DNA of 6,275 nt from a virus, in the IMG/VR virus record IMGVR_UViG_3300000281_000051, positions 1 to 6,275 of that record; one strand, given 5' to 3'. The translations under genes were made by a program, and so were the position numbers. Positions 1-6,221 of the stretch are shown piece by piece. The notes beneath the pieces were generated by a model that did not search any database, was not told the DNA's origin, and saw nothing but the letters and a program-made list of their open reading frames with translations. Each line of letters begins with the position of its first letter. Position 1 is the first letter of the stretch.

Positions 1-55
1 TTATTCTTGTGATGATTTTATTTTGCATCATGTTAAACAATAATTTATTTAAGTT

Positions 56-286
56 ATGGAAAGAAGATATCAAGGTGTTTTAAAATTTAAGCGTTTTTTT
101 GGTGTTAAGGCTGGTCGTTCTATCTGGAAAGAGTCTTTTGTTAAGACGCATGTTTATACCGATCCTTTACCTGCTCGTTCCGAGCTTTGTTGGCTCCGCG
201 ATTATATTGTACCTGCCACTGGTGCCTGTGTCGTTGGTTATTATATTGATACTTTTTTTGATATGGATGAAAATCTTCCTTTATAA
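56..286 (+). CDS. Small hypothetical protein (76 aa) with a basic N-terminal half and an acidic C-terminal half. It may be a DNA-binding or packaging protein of the J/ORF8 kind.
   Basis: ATG at 56 and TAA at 284-286, two nt before the Rep ATG. Third-codon positions are strongly T-biased (ggt/gct/cgt/gtt), the same pattern as in VP1 and VP2. There are 11 K/R in 76 aa, concentrated in residues 3-46. No homology could be checked. Confidence 0.5.
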   Translation: MERRYQGVLKFKRFFGVKAGRSIWKESFVKTHVYTDPLPARSELCWLRDYIVPATGACVVGYYIDTFFDMDENLPL

Positions 287-288
287 TC

Positions 289-1836
289 ATGGATATTAAG
301 TGTTTACATTCCGTTATTCTTATCAACCCAGAAGCCCGTAAAAAGGCTCTGGATTTTGATCGTATTTACATTCGCGAACGTTGTCAATGCTGGATCATGG
401 AAACCTTTGTCCTTGAGCCCTGGCAATATTCCCCGAAAAAATGGTCTATTGGACTTTCGGATATAGATCATTGTTATCTCTTAAATTCTGAAACTGGTTA
501 TATGATTCCTCTTTATATCGCTGTCCCCTGTGGTTCTTGTATTATCTGTCGTAAACGTAAAGCTAATGCTTTGGCTACTCGTGCTATTATGGAGACAGAG
601 ACTGCTGGTTCTGCACCCCTTTTTATTACACTCACTTATAATCCCGAACACCTCCCTAAAAATGAACATGGTTATGAAACACTCCGAAAATTGGATTTTC
701 AATTGTTTTTTAAGCGTTTACGTTCTTTACTTGATAACCAAGCTATTCCTCATTCGCTGCGCTATCTCGCGTGTGGCGAGTATGGTTCTAAAACCAAAAG
801 ACCTCATTATCATTTACTTTTGTGGGGTTTTCCTGTTACGCATTTTAAGGATATACTTAAAGTCCAATCATTTATACAAAAAGCATGGTCTTACTTCCAG
901 GTTGACGAAAACGGTAAACGCATACCTTTCTATAGTAAATGTCGAACCTGTCCATTCAATCAATATAAGGAGCGTAACTCCTGCTCGGCTATTGCGCATC
1001 TATGCGCTGGCGCGCGTTTACGTTATCCGTCAGGAGCTTTTATTTATCGTCGGTATCCGATCGGATCGATAAAGGTTCTTCCTGCTAATTCTGGCGCACC
1101 TGCCTATATTACTAAATACATGGTTAAAGGTTCTAATGCTCCTCATTCTACCTGCGAGCCTCCTTTTCGTACCGCCTCTAATAGAGGCGGTGGTATTGGT
1201 TCTGCTTATATCCGTGCTCGGAAGGATGAAATTTTGAGTAACCCCTCTCTCGAAGCTCTTCCCGTTGTTGACCGTGTCACTGGTTCTGGTAAGCTCTTTT
1301 ATATGCCCATAGATTCGTGGGTAAAATCTACATTAATACCCTCTCCGTCATCCTATTTAAAATCTAAAGAATATGAGACAGTTCGTGATTTTTGTTACAC
1401 TTTTACATTATTTGAACAATGTGCCCAGCAGTTATATCGTCTTTGGCCTATGGATCGCTTTTTTGATGGTGAGTTGCAGTACTATACGGATGAGTTTTGT
1501 GACCCCTTTAAGCGTGAAAAATGGGCTGAGGCTTATGCTCATGTGCGCGAATATACTCCTGTTAATATACCTCACATTAATATCGGTAATTGGATAAAAT
1601 CTCGTGAGTATTTTAACGAATATATGTACACTTTAACAGAGCGTTTGGATATTTTAGCACGAAAAGTTTTGGAGATTGAAATACATGATTCGTATTTTCG
1701 CAGTCGAGAACAGTATTTGAAAACCCGTGTTGAGATATTTAAAAAGAAATATGGTGACAAAAAAACAAATCTTGGCGCTCTTGCAGAAAATATTGCCCTC
1801 TCCGTTGAGCGCAATAGATGGCGCGAATACTTTTAA
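289..1836 (+). CDS. VP4: Microviridae replication initiation protein, the rolling-circle HUH endonuclease (VP4 / gene A-like).
   Basis: 515-aa ORF. It has a CxxC Zn-finger-like motif (PCGSCIICRKRK, aa 80-91). RCR motif I is LFITLTY (nt 619-639). Motif II is the HUH block HYHLLLWG, preceded by ACGEYGSKTKRP (nt 805-828). Motif III is YITKYMVK (nt 1105-1128), which matches the phiX174 gene A active-site block YVAKYVNK with two Tyr four residues apart. Alternative in-frame starts are at 397 (METFVLE...) and 502. The true N-terminus is uncertain. Confidence 0.9.
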   Translation: MDIKCLHSVILINPEARKKALDFDRIYIRERCQCWIMETFVLEPWQYSPKKWSIGLSDIDHCYLLNSETGYMIPLYIAVPCGSCIICRKRKANALATRAIMETETAGSAPLFITLTYNPEHLPKNEHGYETLRKLDFQLFFKRLRSLLDNQAIPHSLRYLACGEYGSKTKRPHYHLLLWGFPVTHFKDILKVQSFIQKAWSYFQVDENGKRIPFYSKCRTCPFNQYKERNSCSAIAHLCAGARLRYPSGAFIYRRYPIGSIKVLPANSGAPAYITKYMVKGSNAPHSTCEPPFRTASNRGGGIGSAYIRARKDEILSNPSLEALPVVDRVTGSGKLFYMPIDSWVKSTLIPSPSSYLKSKEYETVRDFCYTFTLFEQCAQQLYRLWPMDRFFDGELQYYTDEFCDPFKREKWAEAYAHVREYTPVNIPHINIGNWIKSREYFNEYMYTLTERLDILARKVLEIEIHDSYFRSREQYLKTRVEIFKKKYGDKKTNLGALAENIALSVERNRWREYF

Positions 1837-2026
1837 CCTCGTAGTATATTATATTGTGTATGCGCTTGTCGTTATTTGTCTCTCGCTTTTGCTTTGGTTC
1901 TTGCCGTCTTGTACGGTAACCTTCTCGGTCCAGAAAAACAACAACAACTCCACTCAAAGTAGTGAGAGTAGTAGTAGTAGTTCTGTGGATTCTACGACTA
2001 TTTTTCAACCTCAAACATTTAAGTAA
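1751..2026 (+). CDS. Candidate overlapping gene for a 91-aa single-pass membrane protein. It has a basic amphipathic N-terminus, one TM helix (LVVYYIVYALVVICLSLLLWFLP) and a Ser/Asn-rich C-terminal tail. It may be a lysis or membrane protein.
   Basis: The +1 frame relative to Rep is open from 1727 (GTG) or 1751 (ATG) through the whole 189-nt Rep-VP1 spacer. It ends with TAA at 2024-2026, which overlaps the VP1 ATG (2026-2028) as TAATG, a configuration typical of translational coupling. A 189-nt non-coding gap would be out of character for this compact genome. An alternative GTG start at 1856 would give 56 aa. There is no RBS and no homology evidence. Confidence 0.3.
   Translation: MVTKKQILALLQKILPSPLSAIDGANTFNLVVYYIVYALVVICLSLLLWFLPSCTVTFSVQKNNNNSTQSSESSSSSSVDSTTIFQPQTFK
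1937..1981 (+). repeat. Tandem trinucleotide tracts: (AAC)4 at 1937-1948 and (AGT)2-GAG-(AGT)5 at 1958-1981.
   Basis: Read directly from the sequence. The repeats are in frame with the 1751..2026 ORF and encode NNNN and SSESSSSS. Confidence 0.9.
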
Positions 2027-4368
2027 TGGCAAGTGTTTTTAATAAAATCGGTGACATTAAAAATGATGTCAAGCGTAACAGTTTTGACTGGTCGCATGAT
2101 AACAATTTTACTACAGATTTAGGTCGCATCACTCCTGTTTTTACGGAGTTAGTGCCACCTAATAGTTCTATTCGCATTAAGCCAGAGTTTGGTCTTCGGT
2201 TTATGCCTATGATGTTTCCTATCCAAACAAAAATGAAAGCTTATCTGTCTTTTTATAAAGTCCCTTTGCGTACTTTGTGGAAGGATTATATGGATTTTAT
2301 TTCTGCTGATAATACAGAGGAATATCAGCCGCCTTTCATTAAGTTTAGCGGTAAGTCTTTCTCCGAAGGTGGTGCTTTATCTGAATCTGGTTTAGGCGAT
2401 TATATTGGTATGCCTGTTTCTAATATTGATACCAATTGGCAGGCTATAGATGTTGGCACTTTGGTTGATTCGACTAAAGGTGCTACTGCTATCTTTGGTT
2501 CTGCTACTAAACAGGGCAATTTACCCGAACTGCGTTTTTCTGTTATGGAGTACGTTAATGGTCCTTTCACTCCGCAGATTTCTTATTCTGACAATTCATG
2601 TTACATGCCTATTGGTAATGATTACTCTTTCTTTTCCCCTATCATTACTTTCTATTTTACTAAGGAGATGATAGATGCTGGTACTTTCCGTGTTAAATGG
2701 ACTGGTTCCTTGAATTTTGAGGGTACTTCTGCTCGTCAGGTTGCTGAACAGTTTGTTAATTTCACAAAGTGTTCTAAAACTCCTGTTATTCTTACTTTTA
2801 AGAAAAAACTAACTTCCACCCCTGTTGGTGATATTGGTCTACCGTTTGATGCTTCACAGAAGGTTTCATTCTTTGATCCTTTTTATGTTACTGACACGAA
2901 TTATCGTGTTAAATTTTCGTTTGAAGCTACTTTTAATATCGCTAATTTCCCCAATATGGGTATCAATGAAGAGGATGCTTTTAGTCTTGGCTTTACTGGT
3001 AGCATTTATAATATTTTCAATCTTGGTGGTAAACTCGGTTCTACGAATGTCAATTTGACATTCTCTTATAATACTTCTGGCGATTCGTCTTTGGTTTTCG
3101 CTCGTCCTGTTTCTGGTATTTCTACTCCTTATTATTCGGTTTATAATTCTACCGAAAAAGCTATTAAGGTGTCTGCTTATCCTTTCCGCGCGTATGAGGC
3201 TATATATAATGCTTATATTCGCAATACTCGCAATAATCCTTTTGTTCTTAATGGTAAAAAGACCTATAATCGCTGGATAACTACTGACGAAGGCGGTGTG
3301 GATTCTCTTACTCCTCTCGATCTTTTGTATGCTAATTGGCAATCGGACGCATATACTACCGCTCTCGCTGCTCCGCAACAAGGTGTTGCACCCCTTGTTG
3401 GTTTAACTACTTATGAAACTTCTTCTGTTAATGAAGCTGGTCATACGGTTACTACCGTTAATACTGCTATCGTTGACGAGGACGGTAATGCGTATAAAAT
3501 TGATTTTGAAAGTAATGGTGAGGCTCTTAAAGGTGTTAATTATACGCCTCTTAAAGCTGGTGAAGCTGTTAATATGCAGTCTCTCGTGTCTCCTGTTACT
3601 TCTGGTATTTCTATCAACGATTTTCGTAATGTTAATGCTTATCAGCGTTATTTGGAATTGAATCAGTTCCGCGGTTTTAGCTATAAGGAAATCATTGAGG
3701 GTCGTTTTGATGTTAATGTCCGTTATGATGCTTTGAATATGCCAGAATATCTTGGTGGTATTACTCGCGATATTATCGTTAATCCTATTACCCAAACTGT
3801 CGAAACTACTGATACTGGCTCGTACGTTGGCTCTCTTGGCTCTCAAGCTGGTCTCGCTACTTGTTTTGGTAATTCTGACGGTAGTATATCTGTGTTCTGT
3901 GACGAGGAAAGCATAGTAATGGGGATTATGTATGTGATGCCTATGCCTGTTTATGATAGCATTCTTCCTAAATGGTTGACTTATCGTGAACGTCTCGATT
4001 CTTTTAATCCCGAGTTTGATCACATTGGTTATCAGCCTATATACCTCAAAGAGTTGGCAGCTATTCAGGCTTTTGAATCTGGTAAGGATTTGAATACGGT
4101 TTTTGGTTACCAACGTCCTTGGTATGAATATGTTCAAAAGGTTGACCGCGCTCACGGTCTTTTCTTATCTTCTCTGCGTAACTTTATCATGTTCCGTAGT
4201 TTTGAGAACGCGCCCGAGCTTGGTGAGAGTTTTACTGTTATGCAGCCTGGTAGTGTCAATAATGTGTTCTCTGTCACTGAGGTTTCTGATAAAATTCTTG
4301 GTCAGATTCATTTTGATTGTACCGCGCAGTTACCTATTTCTCGAGTTGTTGTACCCCGTTTAGAGTAA
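2026..4368 (+). CDS. VP1: Microviridae major capsid protein (VP1 / F-like), 780 aa.
   Basis: The N-terminus MASVFNKIGDIKNDVKRNSFDWSHDNNFTTDLGRITPVF...LVPPNSSIRIKPE matches the conserved Microviridae VP1/F N-terminal pattern (S.F..s...ttT.d.G.l.P.....vLPgds). It is the longest ORF, with strong T3 codon bias. The ATG overlaps the upstream stop (TAATG). Only 6 nt separate it from the next gene. Confidence 0.93.
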   Translation: MASVFNKIGDIKNDVKRNSFDWSHDNNFTTDLGRITPVFTELVPPNSSIRIKPEFGLRFMPMMFPIQTKMKAYLSFYKVPLRTLWKDYMDFISADNTEEYQPPFIKFSGKSFSEGGALSESGLGDYIGMPVSNIDTNWQAIDVGTLVDSTKGATAIFGSATKQGNLPELRFSVMEYVNGPFTPQISYSDNSCYMPIGNDYSFFSPIITFYFTKEMIDAGTFRVKWTGSLNFEGTSARQVAEQFVNFTKCSKTPVILTFKKKLTSTPVGDIGLPFDASQKVSFFDPFYVTDTNYRVKFSFEATFNIANFPNMGINEEDAFSLGFTGSIYNIFNLGGKLGSTNVNLTFSYNTSGDSSLVFARPVSGISTPYYSVYNSTEKAIKVSAYPFRAYEAIYNAYIRNTRNNPFVLNGKKTYNRWITTDEGGVDSLTPLDLLYANWQSDAYTTALAAPQQGVAPLVGLTTYETSSVNEAGHTVTTVNTAIVDEDGNAYKIDFESNGEALKGVNYTPLKAGEAVNMQSLVSPVTSGISINDFRNVNAYQRYLELNQFRGFSYKEIIEGRFDVNVRYDALNMPEYLGGITRDIIVNPITQTVETTDTGSYVGSLGSQAGLATCFGNSDGSISVFCDEESIVMGIMYVMPMPVYDSILPKWLTYRERLDSFNPEFDHIGYQPIYLKELAAIQAFESGKDLNTVFGYQRPWYEYVQKVDRAHGLFLSSLRNFIMFRSFENAPELGESFTVMQPGSVNNVFSVTEVSDKILGQIHFDCTAQLPISRVVVPRLE

Positions 4369-4374
4369 TTTTTT

Positions 4375-4680
4375 ATGAAAGTTTTATCTCGTATTAATCC
4401 CAATGAGTCGTATCATCGCGTTGTCGTTGTGCGATCATCTTCTGATGAACCTGTTGTTTCTGGTCTCTCTGTCACTCCCTCGGATATTGAACGTCTTGCT
4501 CGTCAAGGTATTCCCGTGTCTGTTCCTAATGCCAATAGTTTTTATAACATTGATTCTGGTTTGGATGTTCCCCCGGAATTAAAGGTTGATGCGGATCGCA
4601 ATACTCTTTGGGAAACTTCCCAGGCTTCTAAAGCTCGTATTATGAAGGCGCGTAAGCGTGAACGCGATCATTTGACATAA
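4375..4680 (+). CDS. Small hypothetical protein (101 aa) between VP1 and VP2, with a basic C-terminus (KARIMKARKRERDHLT). It may be an accessory, scaffolding or DNA-binding protein.
   Basis: The ATG lies 6 nt after the VP1 stop, and TAA at 4678-4680. Codon usage matches the neighbouring structural genes. No homology could be checked from sequence alone. Confidence 0.55.
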   Translation: MKVLSRINPNESYHRVVVVRSSSDEPVVSGLSVTPSDIERLARQGIPVSVPNANSFYNIDSGLDVPPELKVDADRNTLWETSQASKARIMKARKRERDHLT

Positions 4681-4708
4681 TTTGTTCATATATCTAAAGT
4701 GTAATTTT

Positions 4709-5860
4709 ATGAGTGCTGCTGCTTTAACTGCCCTTTTGGGCGCTGGTACTGGTGGCGCAACTCTTTTAAATGCTGGTGCTGGCGTTGCTTCTGGTATCTT
4801 CGGTTCTATTGGAGCTGGTAGACGCCAAAAGCGCGCCATTGCTGCACAAAAAGAGGAGAACGCGCAAGCCCGTGCTTGGTCTGAAAAAATGGCTCGTTGG
4901 TATGCTAATAATGAGCGTGCCAATCTTGCTGATGAACGTGCGTATAATAATCCTTCTGCCGTTATGTCACGTTTAAAGGATGCTGGTTTAAATCCTGATC
5001 TTATATACGGTAATGGTGCTGCTGGTCTTGTTGATAGTAATGTTGCTGGTACTGCTCCTGCGTCCTCTGTTCCCCCTGCTGATGTTGCAGGTCCTATTAT
5101 GGCTACTCCTACCGCTATGGAGTCTTTGTTTCAAGGTGCTGCCTATGCGAAGACTCTCGCTGAGACGAATAATATTAAGGCTGATACTTCAAAAAAAGAA
5201 GGTGAGGTAACCTCTCTTAATATTGATAATTTTGTTAAGGCTGCCTCTTCTGACAATGCTATAAAGATGTCTGGCTTGGAAGTTCAGTTAACTAAGGCGC
5301 AGGCTGAATATACTGAAAGTCAGAAAAGTAAGTTGATTTCTGAAATTAATGATATTAACGAGCATGTTAATCTTCTCAAGGCTCAAATATCTGAAACTTG
5401 GTCTCGTACTGCGAATTTGGATGCTTCTACTATTGCTACTCGTACCGCTGCTATCCTTAATAACCGTCGTTTTGACCTCGAGTGTGAAGAGTTTGCACGT
5501 CGCGTACGTGAGACTGATGCGAAAGTTAATCTTTCCGAAGCGGAAGCAAAGAGTATCCTTGTAACCATGTATGCTAAAGTTAATAATATCGATACCGATA
5601 CCGCTTTGAAGCAAGCGAATATCCGTCTTACTGATGCCCAAAAGACACAAGTCGAACATTATACCAATAGCATAGATATTCATCGTGATGCCGCCGTCTT
5701 TAAGCTCCAACAGGATCAAAAGTATGATGATGCCCAGCGTATCGTTACCGTCGCTAATCAGGCTACCCAGTCATTGTATCACATTTCTCAGGTTGCCTCT
5801 GATTGGCTTCCGTCCCCTGGTGGCATTGCGAAAAAACTCCTGCGCTCTGGCAAGAAATAA
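4709..5860 (+). CDS. VP2: Microviridae minor capsid / DNA pilot protein (VP2 / H-like), 383 aa from ATG 4709. The ORF track extends it to a TTG at 4682.
   Basis: The N-terminus is Gly/Ala-rich and hydrophobic (AAALTALLGAGTGGATLLNAGAGVASGIFGSIGAG). The motif NPSAVMSRLKDAGLNPDLIYG resembles the conserved VP2 block (..RLKAAGLNP.L.YG) of gokushovirus-type pilot proteins. The C-terminal ~200 aa are heptad-like, K/E/Q/A-rich coiled coil, consistent with an H-protein-like DNA-translocating tube. Confidence 0.8.
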   Translation: MSAAALTALLGAGTGGATLLNAGAGVASGIFGSIGAGRRQKRAIAAQKEENAQARAWSEKMARWYANNERANLADERAYNNPSAVMSRLKDAGLNPDLIYGNGAAGLVDSNVAGTAPASSVPPADVAGPIMATPTAMESLFQGAAYAKTLAETNNIKADTSKKEGEVTSLNIDNFVKAASSDNAIKMSGLEVQLTKAQAEYTESQKSKLISEINDINEHVNLLKAQISETWSRTANLDASTIATRTAAILNNRRFDLECEEFARRVRETDAKVNLSEAEAKSILVTMYAKVNNIDTDTALKQANIRLTDAQKTQVEHYTNSIDIHRDAAVFKLQQDQKYDDAQRIVTVANQATQSLYHISQVASDWLPSPGGIAKKLLRSGKK

Positions 5861-5869
5861 CTCGCTAAT

Positions 5870-5917
5870 CGCCGTTAGGCGTACTCATTATCCATTAATG
5901 TAGCAAGCCGTAGGCGT
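5870..5917 (+). other. Two copies of a short GC hairpin motif downstream of VP2: CGCC-GTTA-GGCG at 5870-5881, and the related GCCGTAGGCGT at 5907-5917.
   Basis: Each has a 4-bp GC stem with a tetraloop. They make a direct repeat of GCCGT(T)AGGCGT. No U-tract follows, so any terminator function is doubtful. Confidence 0.3.
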
Positions 5918-5934
5918 GGCGAAATATACCAAAT

Positions 5935-5970
5935 GAGCGTGAGCGAATCGAGCGAAGCGAGCCAAGCGCG
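5935..5970 (+). repeat. Iteron-like cluster of GAGCG/AGCGA short direct repeats (gagcgtGAGCGAatcGAGCGAAGCGAGCcaAGCGCG).
   Basis: GAGCG occurs at 5935, 5941 and 5950. AGCGAG is at 5956, and AGCGCG is at 5965. All lie within 36 nt of the main non-coding region. Confidence 0.6.
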
Positions 5971-5975
5971 TTACA

Positions 5976-5989
5976 GGATAGATGTATCC
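5976..5989 (+). other. Small hairpin GGATA-GATG-TATCC, followed by a TATCCGT direct repeat (5985-5991 and 6016-6022).
   Basis: 5-bp inverted repeat with a 4-nt loop, read directly from the sequence. Confidence 0.3.
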
Positions 5990-6038
5990 GTAAATGCTAA
6001 TGGTTCGCCTCGTTTTATCCGTTTACCGTCAACAATAG

Positions 6039-6109
6039 ACGCGCGTACCCTAAACCAATAAGAATGAATAGAATTGTCCCACCGCGGTTAGAGCGGGCTT
6101 TTCCCCTCT
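6039..6109 (+). promoter_or_regulatory. GC-rich structured segment with two perfect 8-bp palindromes, ACGCGCGT (6039-6046) and ACCGCGGT (6081-6088), and an imperfect hairpin AGAG(C)GGG-CTTTT-CCCCTCT (6090-6109). It is a candidate origin or Rep/host-factor binding region.
   Basis: The palindromes and the stem-loop (7 bp with a 1-nt bulge) were read directly. The segment sits in the only large non-coding region of the genome. Confidence 0.35.
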
Positions 6110-6134
6110 TGATAATATAAGCGCAACTGACATG

Positions 6135-6221
6135 TTGACTATTGAAGTTGCAAATGTTACCTTAGCATTATAGAAATAATATTCCGAAATATGTTTTATA
6201 ACATATAGTCGGTTCTTGCTT
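6135..6221 (+). promoter_or_regulatory. AT-rich putative promoter/operator region upstream of the first gene of the + strand gene block. It contains TTGACT (6135-6140) and the inverted repeat ATATGTT-TTAT-AACATAT (6189-6206).
   Basis: AT-rich sequence immediately 5' of the gene block (continues as nt 1-55). TTGACT is a sigma70 -35-like hexamer, but no good -10 sits at 17 bp. TATTTTG near nt 19-25 is a near match to the Bacteroidetes -7 motif TAnnTTTG. Host and sigma factor are unknown. Confidence 0.3.

Noticed and set aside
530-1072. 180-aa alternate-frame + strand ORF inside Rep. Similar Leu-rich + strand ORFs are at 99..299, 1373..1597, 2450..2671, 2825..3058, 3413..3661, 4103..4363, 4770..4976, 5013..5210, 5349..5564 and 5685..5903.
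   Set aside because: They are extremely Leu/Val/Ile-rich with no charged structure. This is the typical artefact of reading T-rich third positions in the +1/+2 frame. Unlike the 1751..2026 ORF, they do not fill an otherwise non-coding gap or show a stop-start coupling signal. A phiX B/K-like embedded gene cannot be strictly excluded.
3403-4155. 250-aa ORF on the minus strand inside VP1. The other minus-strand ORFs at 2866..3381, 141..326, 481..702, 1572..1814, 1739..2032, 4579..4923, 5288..5719 and 5383..5568 were rejected for the same reason.
   Set aside because: These ORFs are antisense to well-supported genes. Their compositions are low-complexity and N/I/R/K-rich, as expected from the complement of T-rich codons. 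Microviridae package and transcribe a single coding strand. No independent support exists.
5870-5881. CGCC-GTTA-GGCG hairpin after VP2 as a rho-independent terminator.
   Set aside because: It has only a 4-bp stem and no downstream U-tract (it is followed by tactcattatcc). It is kept only as a structural motif.
6135-6176. Canonical sigma70 promoter (TTGACT -35 with a -10).
   Set aside because: No convincing TATAAT-like hexamer lies at 16-18 bp spacing (TACCTT at 17 bp; TATAGA only with TTGCAA as an alternative -35). The host sigma specificity is unknown, so this is kept only as a low-confidence regulatory region.
5861-6221. Possible tRNA, ncRNA or CRISPR element in the long non-coding region.
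   Set aside because: No cloverleaf-compatible arrangement was seen, nor regularly spaced repeats of 25-40 nt. The repeats present are short (5-8 nt) and irregular, and fit protein-binding or origin elements better.
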